A stretch of DNA of 52,616 nucleotides, from the IMG/VR virus record IMGVR_UViG_3300048433_000716, positions 1-52,616 of that record; one strand, given 5' to 3'. Origin of the DNA: a virus (lineage: Duplodnaviria > Caudoviricetes). Positions 7,865 to 17,266 of the stretch are shown piece by piece. The notes under the pieces were generated by a model. It was not told the origin of the DNA. It ran no database searches and saw only the letters and a list, made by a program, of their open reading frames with translations. The position numbers and the translations under genes were made by a program. Position 1 is the first letter of the stretch. Each line of letters starts with the position of its first letter.

Positions 7865-8060
7865 TGGAAATAATGAAAATGAAGTGATTCGCCATAAACG
7901 TAGAGGATATTTAGCTTACTTCAAAGATGGCGTTCATGATGCAATTATTAATGAAGAGCAAGATACTGAAAAGACTTTCTCTGATTATTATAAACAAGGT
8001 TATAAACATGGTAGTTATATAAGAGATAAAATGTTAATTAAGGAAATACCATATGGCTAA
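7857..8060 (+). CDS. Hypothetical protein
   Basis: 67 aa, GGAG RBS, YFKDG...YKQGY repeats. Confidence 0.7.
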   Translation: MTNGNNENEVIRHKRRGYLAYFKDGVHDAIINEEQDTEKTFSDYYKQGYKHGSYIRDKMLIKEIPYG

Positions 8061-8238
8061 CTTGCTTGTTAAAGAAGCTTCAGATGAGGCTTTGCATCTC
8101 AGAAAGCTATTACAAAATTTTAAATCAGACACAAATCAAGGTAATTTGTCTAAAGAAGAAAGCCTTAATCACATAGAGAATATGGTTAAAGTAGCTTCGA
8201 TAATATATGCAAAATTAGAATTTATAAATAAAATATAA
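8053..8238 (+). CDS. Hypothetical protein
   Basis: 61 aa, AAGGA RBS. Confidence 0.65.
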   Translation: MANLLVKEASDEALHLRKLLQNFKSDTNQGNLSKEESLNHIENMVKVASIIYAKLEFINKI

Positions 8239-8252
8239 AAAAACTCTTTTTA

Positions 8253-8317
8253 GGGGTTGATTTATGTATCTACATATATTACATTAATAAAATAACGAAC
8301 AACAAAATTAGGAGAGA
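8253..8317 (+). promoter_or_regulatory. Early promoter cassette C
   Basis: GGGG-TTGATT (8257), 17 bp, TACATT (8280); palindrome TATGTATCTACATA; leader AACGAACAACAAAATTAGGAGAG; near-copy of cassette A. Confidence 0.75.
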
Positions 8318-8320
8318 CAA

Positions 8321-8704
8321 ATGACTAAATACACTTACTCAGACGAACTAGTATCAGATTTACATAAAGATGCTTGGGGTTTTAGACCTCGTGAAAAATT
8401 TTGGTTTTATTGGGAAATTTCAGACCAAGATGCAAAGCAAGCTATTTGGGATAACCTTATTGATGATATGGTTAAAAACCAAGCTGAAGAAATTCAAACT
8501 AAAAAAGATAATGCTTCAATGCTTGCTGAAAGAATTAAAAGGGTTTGTAAGCTTGGTGCTCAAAATTACAGAACTGCAATTAAATGGATACTTGAAGCAG
8601 ATGAGTTAGAGCCTGACTTTCAATATGGTGGCGACCATTTAGCTTGGCATTACCATATTGAATACAGACACAGTAAATTATTTAAACTAGCGGGAGTAGC
8701 ATAA
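8321..8704 (+). CDS. Hypothetical early protein
   Basis: 127 aa, SDLHKDAWGFRPR motif, strong RBS. Confidence 0.8.
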   Translation: MTKYTYSDELVSDLHKDAWGFRPREKFWFYWEISDQDAKQAIWDNLIDDMVKNQAEEIQTKKDNASMLAERIKRVCKLGAQNYRTAIKWILEADELEPDFQYGGDHLAWHYHIEYRHSKLFKLAGVA

Positions 8705-9618
8705 TGTTAGATACAAAAATGGAAGAAGCGTTACAAGACGTATCATTTAAAATTGATGTGAGGGATATTCAAGGTATCCCTTCACATATGGGCAGAAAAG
8801 TAGTTCGCCTTAATGCCTATGGTCAGCAAGAAGGTGATCCTCTTGGTATCGTAGGTTCTAGATATAAACCTATACACCATATGGATGCTTTTGGTGGAGC
8901 TATAGAATCAATGAAAAATGGTGGTCTAGACTTTACTGATCATGAAATCAAAGTTGACACTTATGAAGATGGTGCAATGGCTAAGATGGAATTATTGCTT
9001 CCTGCACATAACACTAAAGTTGGCGACCACGATTTATCACTAAAGTTTGTAGCTAGAAATAGTTACAACGCTAGATGGAAGTTTCAGTCTTTCTTTGGTT
9101 GGATGAACCATGTATGTTTTAATACGTTAGTAAGTGGTCAAAAGATTGCTTATACTGCTAACAGACATACTACTCATTTCAACGTAGACGCCTCTAACAA
9201 AAAGATACAGAATGCAGTAAGTGCGATTACTAATGAAGCTCAAACTTTCAACAAGTGGTGGGATACTAAAGTAGAGGATGAACAAGTTATCGATCTGTTT
9301 AAATCTACTATTGCAAAAAGCCAAGCTAACGATATTAAAATTGCTAGTGGTCAGTCAGACACTAATAAAAAGCAACTATATCATTTAATGGGCTTATATG
9401 AGGCTGAGGTGGCTCAAATTCATGGAAGGGGTGATTATGGCAGAAATGGTGCTAAAGGCTCTCTATGGTGTGCTTATCAGTCAGCAACTGCTTGGTCTAC
9501 CCACTTAGGTGACGTAAAAGCTAATAGCACAAATAAATATATAGTCGAGCAACGTAGACAAAACGATGTGAGGTCTATGATTAATAGTAACAAGTGGAAA
9601 CAACTTGAAAATGCATAA
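8704..9618 (+). CDS. DUF932/DUF945-family protein
   Basis: LGIVGSRYKPI, NSYNA, VCFNTL, RHT and SLWCAYQSATAWSTH motifs. Confidence 0.8.
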   Translation: MLDTKMEEALQDVSFKIDVRDIQGIPSHMGRKVVRLNAYGQQEGDPLGIVGSRYKPIHHMDAFGGAIESMKNGGLDFTDHEIKVDTYEDGAMAKMELLLPAHNTKVGDHDLSLKFVARNSYNARWKFQSFFGWMNHVCFNTLVSGQKIAYTANRHTTHFNVDASNKKIQNAVSAITNEAQTFNKWWDTKVEDEQVIDLFKSTIAKSQANDIKIASGQSDTNKKQLYHLMGLYEAEVAQIHGRGDYGRNGAKGSLWCAYQSATAWSTHLGDVKANSTNKYIVEQRRQNDVRSMINSNKWKQLENA

Positions 9619-9622
9619 TAAT

Positions 9623-9649
9623 AGGGGAGCGAAAGCTCCCTTTACTTTT
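9623..9649 (+). terminator. Intrinsic terminator
   Basis: GGGAGC-GAAA-GCTCCC followed by TTTACTTTT. Confidence 0.8.
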
Positions 9650-9661
9650 GAGGAGAAGGTT

Positions 9662-10807
9662 ATGGAAGATTTATATGGATACAAAAAAACTATATTAAGA
9701 AGTGAGGTGGAGCTTTCAGATATAGATAAAGAAATATTTAAAAACTTTGATTATAAGTTTGATGGGGTCACTGAGTTTGAGTTACCTCATTTCGAGCCTT
9801 TCAAGGAGGACTTTTCTATTGGCGTTATTTATGGGTCAAGTGGTAGTGGTAAATCCTCTATGCTTGCTCAGTATGGTAAAGAAGAGGAATTGACTTGGGA
9901 TAACAACAGAACCATAGCATCTCATTTTGATAGCGTAGAAGACGCCATAGAGCGATTTGGTGCAGTTGGTCTTAATACTGTTCCAACTTGGGCTAAACCT
10001 CGACATGTATTATCAAATGGTGAAGGCTTTAGATGCGACCTAGCTAGACGTTTAGGTAACGATATTGTTATTGATGAGTTTACTTCAGTTGTAAACAGAG
10101 ATGTAGCTAAGTCATGTTCATTATCTTTATATAAGTATGTAAAGCGTAAAGGGCTTAAGAATATTGTACTAGCCACTTGTCACGATGATATCTTAGAATG
10201 GCTGCAGCCAGATTGGGTATTTAACACTGATGTGAAGCGATTCGCATCAAGGGGGTTAGTTCGGCAACCCATTAAAGTTAAAATTGTCAAGGGGAACAGA
10301 AACCACTGGGAACTATTTAAAAAGCATCACTATCTAAGCGAAGACCTTCCAGCTTCTGCACACTGCTATCTTGCAGTTTGGAACGATAGAATTATTGGGT
10401 TTTCTTCAGTCATGTCTTTGCCTGGTTGGACACCACCTCTTTACGAAGGCGACAAGCGTCTTAAGTGGCGTGAGGCTAGAACAGTAGTCCTTCCAGACTT
10501 TCAAGGGCTAGGGATAGGTGTAAGGCTTTCTGACGCTATTGCAGATATGATGATAGAGAAGAATGTACGTTATTACTCTAAGACCTCACATATTAGAATG
10601 GGTGAATACAGACAAAAGTCACCTCTATGGAGGGCTAGTGCTAGTAATTTAAAAGACAGAAGTAGTGACATACATGACCATAAGAAGCGTCTTATACCTT
10701 TAGAAAGAGATAGAATTTGTTATTCTCACGAATATATAGGCGAAAACAATAAGTCATATGACCCCAAGTATAATCGCCCTGACGATCCACAACAAAGCTT
10801 GTTCTAA
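9662..10807 (+). CDS. ABC-type ATPase fused to GNAT (Mom-like) acyltransferase
   Basis: GSSGSGKS, LSNGE, IVIDEF and TCH motifs, then HHYL and VLPDFQGLGIG; start moved to ATG 9662 after GAGGAG. Confidence 0.85.
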   Translation: MEDLYGYKKTILRSEVELSDIDKEIFKNFDYKFDGVTEFELPHFEPFKEDFSIGVIYGSSGSGKSSMLAQYGKEEELTWDNNRTIASHFDSVEDAIERFGAVGLNTVPTWAKPRHVLSNGEGFRCDLARRLGNDIVIDEFTSVVNRDVAKSCSLSLYKYVKRKGLKNIVLATCHDDILEWLQPDWVFNTDVKRFASRGLVRQPIKVKIVKGNRNHWELFKKHHYLSEDLPASAHCYLAVWNDRIIGFSSVMSLPGWTPPLYEGDKRLKWREARTVVLPDFQGLGIGVRLSDAIADMMIEKNVRYYSKTSHIRMGEYRQKSPLWRASASNLKDRSSDIHDHKKRLIPLERDRICYSHEYIGENNKSYDPKYNRPDDPQQSLF

Positions 10808-11400
10808 TGATATTTGAATATCATAAAGACAATTCTAAATATCTATCTACAAAACTTACGAAGCCTAAAATAAATGTAGATATAATTCATGGTGATAGAA
10901 AGCTATGGGATATATTTAAGAAACACCATTATCTTAGTGAAGATTTACCTGCATCCACAAGATGTTACTTTGCTGTATGGGAGGGCAATATTATTGGATT
11001 TAGTGCTACAATTAGTTTGCCAGGCAAAATACCACCTTTATATGAAGGCGACATAAGAAAAAAATGGAGGGAATGCAGAACTGTAATAATACCAGACTTT
11101 CAAGGATTGGGTATTGGAACTAGATTTTCTGACGCTATAGCTGACATACACATAGAGCAAGGTTATAGATATTTTAGCAAGACATCTCACATGAGGATGG
11201 GGCTATATAGAGAAAAGTCATCTATATGGAAAGCAACAGCGACCAATCTAGCAGACAGATCGAAAAGCACCAAAGGAAAAAGTTGGGCACATCTTACGCT
11301 TGAAAAAGAACGAATATGTTATTCACATGAATATATAGGTAAAGATAGAAAATCCTATAACCCTAAATATAACGCCACTACTCACCCTTTATTGATCTGA
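10807..11400 (+). CDS. Stand-alone GNAT paralog of the preceding C-terminal domain
   Basis: FKKHHYLSEDLPAS, IIPDFQGLGIG, SKTSH, RICYSHEYIG shared with the upstream gene. Confidence 0.85.
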   Translation: MIFEYHKDNSKYLSTKLTKPKINVDIIHGDRKLWDIFKKHHYLSEDLPASTRCYFAVWEGNIIGFSATISLPGKIPPLYEGDIRKKWRECRTVIIPDFQGLGIGTRFSDAIADIHIEQGYRYFSKTSHMRMGLYREKSSIWKATATNLADRSKSTKGKSWAHLTLEKERICYSHEYIGKDRKSYNPKYNATTHPLLI

Positions 11401-12145
11401 GGCTATCCATAACATCGCTAATACTAGGCTCTTTCCCATTAGGGTTTAGTACACATCTATAGCTCTTAGGGCATCCAACTCGAATATCTGTAAATTCCAT
11501 TTCGTATGTTTTTTGTGCTCCTCTATAAATACAAGCCATTTTGTCTTTATAAACCTTCTGCTTCATAAGTCTACATAAGGTCATTGTAGGAGGTGTTATT
11601 ATACCTTGATTAAGTTGTTGTTGTTTAGTTAGTCCTTTAAATTGAGTGTTTTTAGACTGATAGGTGTTACCTTTAGCAAATACTTTAACGCCTACTACTA
11701 AACCACCTAACAAAACACCTATACATGTAAAAATAATTCCTACCCATTTTACAGTCTCTAATAGCTCATCTTGCCTTTTCTTGGCTTGAAGTCTAGCTTT
11801 CCTTTGAGCTTCTTTAGCTTCATTTATTCTATTGGCTCTTTCTGCAAGTATCTGATCCCATGCCTGCGGCCCAAATCTTAGGTTAATTATCATTTTTAGT
11901 TCATGACGTTTTTCTTCTAAAAGCTTTCTATCTATAAAATCTGTTGCACTTGATTCTATTCCAAACTGCTCTTTAATGCTAAAGCCCTTACCTTGACCTT
12001 TATTCATCTGCTCTTCGCCTAGAAAAAAGCCATCGATTTGTTTAGCTATGCCTTGAATATCTTGAACTGTGGATATATTTTCTTTTATGAAGTCAACACT
12101 TTTTTTGACTAGTGCTATACCTGTAAGTATTTCAGCAACGACCAT
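11378..12145 (-). CDS. Membrane protein with C-terminal 4-Cys domain
   Basis: Helical N-terminus, TM segment WVGIIFTCIGVLLGGLVVGV, then CRL..C..GCP...C. Confidence 0.7.
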   Translation of the reverse strand: MVVAEILTGIALVKKSVDFIKENISTVQDIQGIAKQIDGFFLGEEQMNKGQGKGFSIKEQFGIESSATDFIDRKLLEEKRHELKMIINLRFGPQAWDQILAERANRINEAKEAQRKARLQAKKRQDELLETVKWVGIIFTCIGVLLGGLVVGVKVFAKGNTYQSKNTQFKGLTKQQQLNQGIITPPTMTLCRLMKQKVYKDKMACIYRGAQKTYEMEFTDIRVGCPKSYRCVLNPNGKEPSISDVMDSLRSIKGE

Positions 12146-12150
12146 ACCAT

Positions 12151-14163
12151 TTACCTAACACCAATTACCTGTAATAACTTTTGTTTAGTTTCTTCATCTA
12201 GGTCTTTGATGATTGGCTCTATAGCTTGATTAACTTGCTGATCTTCTGCATTTTCTTCAGTGGCTAATGCATCTGTAACTATTGAAGCGTTTTCAGTTAA
12301 ATCACTAGCTTCTTGTACGCCAGCCTTTGCTAATCCTGCTACAAACCTATCTGCAAGTTCATTTATTTTTTGAACAAGTTGTTGCCTTGCTTCATTGTTA
12401 GTAAGAGCATTTCTAAGTAAGTCTTTATCCTCGCTTATCAAAAGCCTAGCCACTTGTGTCATTTGCTCATCATTTAATTGATTTGATTTTGTAGGTATAA
12501 ATTTTTTAAGAAGTTGTACCCCTGCTCCAATATCAGTACCACCAGACGCCAGAACTCTAGTTAATGCATAGGCGTCATCAACTGTACCAACTCGACTTGT
12601 TGCTTTGGTAGTTTCTGCAGTTGGTGAACCACCCATAATTCTTCCTTGTGCCATAATAGAAGCTTTTGCTAGATTAATTTTATCTATTACATTATCTAAG
12701 GCTTCGTCTGGGTATATTTTTTGAAGTATCAGACTTTCTTTTGTATTTAAATCACCTAATTTATTGATAAAATTAACAGATGTGCCACCTTGTTTTTTGC
12801 CTCTTATGGCTGAAGCAACGCCTGCTCTAAAACTATCTATTGCTTCTCTATCACCACTAGCCAATAATCTTTCAAATATAACCTCAGCCTCATCTGCTTG
12901 TTTTGTAAAGATTGATCTTCCAACATCAAAACTTTCTTTGGCTTTCATAATCCTAGCCCAGTTATTTCTTGCTACTGAAAGCTCTGGACTTGCCTCATCT
13001 ATTATACCTCTGAGATTTTTTTCTAAAGAACTTGCCACCTCACCTAACCTACCATCGCCACTTTGATAAAGTTTATTTGCTCTTTCAAGTAGTAATCCTC
13101 TGATATTTTCAGCAGTTTCTAAGTCTACATCTTGAGTTAATTTTAAAACTCCATCTTTTACTTCAAAGGGAGTGCCCTTACCTAACGCAGTCATCAACGA
13201 TCTTATTTTAGGTCTTAGTTGTGGTTGCTTTTGCAATGCTTCTTCAATTGCTAAGTTAATATTGTTACTTCTGAAATTACCAAACTTATTATAAATTTGT
13301 TTGTAGTTGTCACTAGCACCACTCTTGATAGCATTCATAGAGCCAGTTATGTATTTGTATACGTTTCCAATTTGCTCGTTGGGCGATAGGTCTTTTTGTA
13401 AATTACCAAAAACATCTTCCATGCCTTGTTGTTTTCTTGAAACAAGTGATTCAGCTATGATTGGTTTACTCTTTTCAGAAGCGACATAAAAACCCCTAAC
13501 TTCTGCTGCTGCGGTCTCTGAGAGTTCTGGTATTGTTTTACCACTTGCTATTTGCTCAATTATTTCATCTGTAGTCATTCCAGAAGAATTTGCTATTCTT
13601 GCTAATTCGTCTTCTACTGGTTTTGCTAGTTGTCCTTTAATTCTTCTTATAATTGGCTCAGATATCTTACCTATGCCTTCTATCATTTTACCACCAACTT
13701 TTTGTAGTAGTGGGTTTGCTACTGCACCTCCTGCAGTTGAAAGACCAACGTCAACATAGTCTGTGTCACCTTCTTGCCTTCCTAATGAACTTACACCACC
13801 TTGTATAGCTCCTTGTGTCATAAGTTTGCCACCAGTTCCTATGGCGTATCTTCCAACAGTTGCTGGAATAGATGTGCCTGCAGTAAATGGTGCTAACGCT
13901 AGAGCGGGTGCTATTGCCCCACCTATTTCATATTTTAATGAGCCTTCTTTTTCTTGTGCCTTTTTAAGAGCTTCTCTTTCTTCGCCTAATGCCTCGTCAT
14001 AGGTTTCGCTACCTAGTGCAGACCTAACCATTGCAAAGAACTCATCACTAAAGTTCATTAGAGCACCTTGTGCCATAAGCCTAGCTCTATCTGCGAATGT
14101 TAAATCTTGCAGAGCTATTTGAGTATCAAGTAATTTATCTAAGTCGTCTAATTCTGCACTCAT
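12151..14163 (-). CDS. Internal virion / DNA ejection protein
   Basis: 670 aa, Ala/Gly-rich hydrophobic N-terminal third, helical, last of three large genes after the tail genes. Confidence 0.65.
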   Translation of the reverse strand: MSAELDDLDKLLDTQIALQDLTFADRARLMAQGALMNFSDEFFAMVRSALGSETYDEALGEEREALKKAQEKEGSLKYEIGGAIAPALALAPFTAGTSIPATVGRYAIGTGGKLMTQGAIQGGVSSLGRQEGDTDYVDVGLSTAGGAVANPLLQKVGGKMIEGIGKISEPIIRRIKGQLAKPVEDELARIANSSGMTTDEIIEQIASGKTIPELSETAAAEVRGFYVASEKSKPIIAESLVSRKQQGMEDVFGNLQKDLSPNEQIGNVYKYITGSMNAIKSGASDNYKQIYNKFGNFRSNNINLAIEEALQKQPQLRPKIRSLMTALGKGTPFEVKDGVLKLTQDVDLETAENIRGLLLERANKLYQSGDGRLGEVASSLEKNLRGIIDEASPELSVARNNWARIMKAKESFDVGRSIFTKQADEAEVIFERLLASGDREAIDSFRAGVASAIRGKKQGGTSVNFINKLGDLNTKESLILQKIYPDEALDNVIDKINLAKASIMAQGRIMGGSPTAETTKATSRVGTVDDAYALTRVLASGGTDIGAGVQLLKKFIPTKSNQLNDEQMTQVARLLISEDKDLLRNALTNNEARQQLVQKINELADRFVAGLAKAGVQEASDLTENASIVTDALATEENAEDQQVNQAIEPIIKDLDEETKQKLLQVIGVR

Positions 14164-15785
14164 TGATTAGATGTCCTTTTTTTCTTTACTAAATCTTTAA
14201 CGAACTTTAATTGTTGTAAATTTAAATCTTGATTTACAAGAATGTCTCTTAATTGTGGTATAGTCATCTTTTCTATTTTTTGCTCATCGAAAACAAATGT
14301 CTCTACCTTTATTTTGTTTATGTCTATTAAATCTTCTAATGGTACTTCTGGCTCTACAGTAAAGAAATCAAGCCTTGCACCTTGCTTGTCATCTTGCAGA
14401 TCAGACGCTAATAAACCTTTAAATTTATTAATTATGTCTACTGCTTTCGTTCTTTCTGTATTAAATATCTCTATTGATCTATTATAGATATCTGCTCTTA
14501 ATCTAGGTGGTAGTGCTCCCATTCCATTGAGGGCATTTATTAATGCTGCTTTTACTGAATCAGGTAAAGATCCAGCCTTTTGCACTGCAGCTACCTCGCC
14601 CTCTCTCGCAACACTTCCTGGATCTATTAATTTAGCAAATTGAACTGCTAGACCATAATCACCAATCGGTCCTTTTGTATCATAAAACTTTTTGATTTTT
14701 TGATAACCAGACTGTATATCTCTAAAATCTTTTGTTAGCTTTTCTATTTCTGATCTATATTGCTTAACATAACCCATCTCAACTTTATTTAATCTTTTAA
14801 GTTTTGGCTTTTCTTCTTCTTTTATTTCAAGTTCTGTGTCGTCAATGTCTTCTTGGTTTTCAGCCTTTTTTGCTTTTAGTACATCACTAACCTTTTGACC
14901 TTCAAATGGTCCTGTTAGATACCTTTTATCACCAAATTCATCTTCAAAGGTTTGTGGTTTTTCTGGCTTCTCAGTTGAGAATTTTCCAGAGCCTAATTCA
15001 GTTTTATACTCATCACCAAACTCCTCGACCATCTTTATTGTACCAGTTCCAATTTCATAGATTGGCACTTGTTTTCTAGGCGTTACCTTTTCATAACCTA
15101 CCAATGATCCTCTTGGCACTTTATTAAATTCGTTTGCAGTTAGCGAAACTTTATCACCTTGTTTAAAATTAGTGCCTAGACTTCTATTTACAAAATTAGC
15201 GTCTACTACAGTATAGTCTTTAGGTGCACCAGTTGGCTTGTCTTTAGCGTACAGTTGTGTAGCTAGGCTTACCACACCTTGCTTTTCTTTAAGCTTTCTT
15301 GCTCTTTCTTTATTAATTCTATCGATATATGATTTAGCAGTATCTGCACCAGCAATATTAGCTGCCCCAAATGCAGTAGCACCTGGCTTTGATGCCTCTG
15401 CTCCCATCTTAGTAAAGAAGTTGAGGAACATAAGTCCAGTGTTTATTCTGTCTTCTCTTTCTTGTTGCTCTGGTGTTTTGCCATATAATGTGTTCATTAT
15501 AGTTTGGGCTTGAGGTATATAATCAGTTATATTGTTTAGAGCACCACCACTAAGGGCTTGTGTGTTTGTGCCAGATGCACCAAACATTTGATTTTTAAGT
15601 TGGGTTGCTGTGTCAATATTGCTCATATTTTGTTTTAGAAGTAATGTGTTATAATCGCCAGCTTTAGGTATATAGCTGTATTCTCCTGGCGTAAGATTAT
15701 CTACACCCAACGTATTTTTAAATATGTTGATTTCATTTGGTGTAAACTTATCAATATCTTCTTGTCTTAAAAGAACTTGAGCCAT
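14160..15785 (-). CDS. Internal virion / DNA ejection protein
   Basis: 541 aa, FAKLIDPGSVAREGE motif typical of podovirus ejection proteins, and position. Confidence 0.65.
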   Translation of the reverse strand: MAQVLLRQEDIDKFTPNEINIFKNTLGVDNLTPGEYSYIPKAGDYNTLLLKQNMSNIDTATQLKNQMFGASGTNTQALSGGALNNITDYIPQAQTIMNTLYGKTPEQQEREDRINTGLMFLNFFTKMGAEASKPGATAFGAANIAGADTAKSYIDRINKERARKLKEKQGVVSLATQLYAKDKPTGAPKDYTVVDANFVNRSLGTNFKQGDKVSLTANEFNKVPRGSLVGYEKVTPRKQVPIYEIGTGTIKMVEEFGDEYKTELGSGKFSTEKPEKPQTFEDEFGDKRYLTGPFEGQKVSDVLKAKKAENQEDIDDTELEIKEEEKPKLKRLNKVEMGYVKQYRSEIEKLTKDFRDIQSGYQKIKKFYDTKGPIGDYGLAVQFAKLIDPGSVAREGEVAAVQKAGSLPDSVKAALINALNGMGALPPRLRADIYNRSIEIFNTERTKAVDIINKFKGLLASDLQDDKQGARLDFFTVEPEVPLEDLIDINKIKVETFVFDEQKIEKMTIPQLRDILVNQDLNLQQLKFVKDLVKKKRTSNQ

Positions 15786-15787
15786 AC

Positions 15788-17266
15788 TTATCCACCTGCT
15801 CTATTTCGTGACATAAAGTAAGCACTTCCTAATGCACCCAATCCACCAATTGTCTGTCCATATATACTTGGTGACTGAATGAACTGTTGACCTTGTGTAA
15901 GGCTTATATTTCTAGTGTCGTAAGGTGTTCCTTGTAATACGCCTAATGCGTAGTTTATTTGTTCATAAGGATATTCCCTTTGCTCAACATAATCTGCATA
16001 AGCCATATCTAAAGCTCTTTGGTCTAGCTCTCTTTGAGCTTGTCCAGAGGTAAATAAACCTGCTGCTGCCTGATCACTTAGGGCTTGTGTAAGTGGTGCA
16101 AAACCTTGCAAGGCTTCTGTGGCTCTTAATCTACTAGCTTCTTCAGTCTCAAATGCTGATCTTGCTGCATCTTGTGCCCCAAATCTAGCTTGCCTTTCTG
16201 CATCATATCTAGAACGCATGACGTCTTCTGCACCAAAACGTGCACTTCTATCCCTTTCAGCCTGTGCTCTGTCTTGCTCAAAGCGACCTCTCATAACATC
16301 TTCAGCACCAAATCTAGCTGACCTATCTCTTTCTGCTTGTGCTCTATCTTGTTCGTATTGGCTTCGCATTAGGTTTTCTGCAGTAAATCTACCTTCTCTA
16401 TCTTGCATAAATTGACTACGAAGTAAGTTTTCTGCTCCAAACCTTGCTTGTCTGTCACGTTCAGCTTGTGCCCTATCTTGGTCATACCTTCCTGCCGCAA
16501 ACTGTAGCCCTTGTGCTGCTGCCTGTGCTCTTAAATCAGCAGAACCTCTTGCTCCTTCACTTTGTGTTAGGGCTTCTTGTATTCCTAATCTTGACCCACC
16601 AAAAGCACCAGACCTAGCTGCTGAAGCTCTATTTCTGGCATTAGCTCTCGCAGTTTGCCTTTCTAACTCTGCCACTGAGGCGTCTTGTGCACCTTGATAT
16701 ATGTCAAGGAAAGGTTGTGCAGTTTCCATAGTAAATGGCGACATACTATCGCCTACTAATTGCTCTCTAGTAGCACCAGTGTAATTACCTAATAAATCTT
16801 CACGACTTGCACCTTCATATGCAGGAAGAGAGCTACCTATCAAATCTGCTCTTGATGCACCTTGATATGTTGGCAATGCACCACCAAGTAATTCTTCTCT
16901 TGATGCCCCACGATATGGACTACCTATTAACTCACTTGTAGACATTCCTTGAAAGCCTTTACCTAAACCACTAGCCATATCTGAGGCTCTATCTATGTAG
17001 TCTTGATATCCAGTCGCATTGTCTCTTAAAAGTCTTTGAGCAGCTAATTCGTCTGGGGATAGTTTGGATGTTGCTCCAGTAACTGGGTCTGTATATGATG
17101 TTATTCTTGCATCTTCGTATGCTGGGTAAGGTGATCTTGCCAGTGATGACGCTTCTTCAAATAGTCTTTTACCACCCTCAGAAACCCAACCAGGTAATTG
17201 TGTATCTGTTACAACTTCGCTATAATCTGGAAGTGGGTCAACAGTTGTAGTGCAAAATCCACCCAT
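15788..17266 (-). CDS. DNA ejection (pilot-like) protein with tandem repeats
   Basis: AARSGAFGGSR motif, Q/A/R-rich repeats, Gly-rich hydrophobic C-terminus. Confidence 0.7.
   Translation of the reverse strand: MGGFCTTTVDPLPDYSEVVTDTQLPGWVSEGGKRLFEEASSLARSPYPAYEDARITSYTDPVTGATSKLSPDELAAQRLLRDNATGYQDYIDRASDMASGLGKGFQGMSTSELIGSPYRGASREELLGGALPTYQGASRADLIGSSLPAYEGASREDLLGNYTGATREQLVGDSMSPFTMETAQPFLDIYQGAQDASVAELERQTARANARNRASAARSGAFGGSRLGIQEALTQSEGARGSADLRAQAAAQGLQFAAGRYDQDRAQAERDRQARFGAENLLRSQFMQDREGRFTAENLMRSQYEQDRAQAERDRSARFGAEDVMRGRFEQDRAQAERDRSARFGAEDVMRSRYDAERQARFGAQDAARSAFETEEASRLRATEALQGFAPLTQALSDQAAAGLFTSGQAQRELDQRALDMAYADYVEQREYPYEQINYALGVLQGTPYDTRNISLTQGQQFIQSPSIYGQTIGGLGALGSAYFMSRNRAGG
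16140..16490 (-). repeat. Coding tandem repeats (18/25 aa units, QDRAQAERDRSARFGAEDVMR-like)
   Basis: Visible in translation; synonymous divergence at DNA level. Confidence 0.85.

Noticed and set aside
9605-9661. N-terminal extension of the ABC-GNAT ORF
   Set aside because: It spans a terminator hairpin; the RBS supports ATG 9662. Starts at 3201, 5169, 6375, 18113, 23257 and 24671 were trimmed on similar grounds.
10260-11400. GNAT duplication, or the diverged genome ends, as a diversity-generating retroelement
   Set aside because: No reverse transcriptase; differences are not adenine-specific and are often synonymous.
16140-16490. Periodic repeats considered as a CRISPR array
   Set aside because: In-frame coding repeats with synonymous divergence, no unique spacers and no cas genes.
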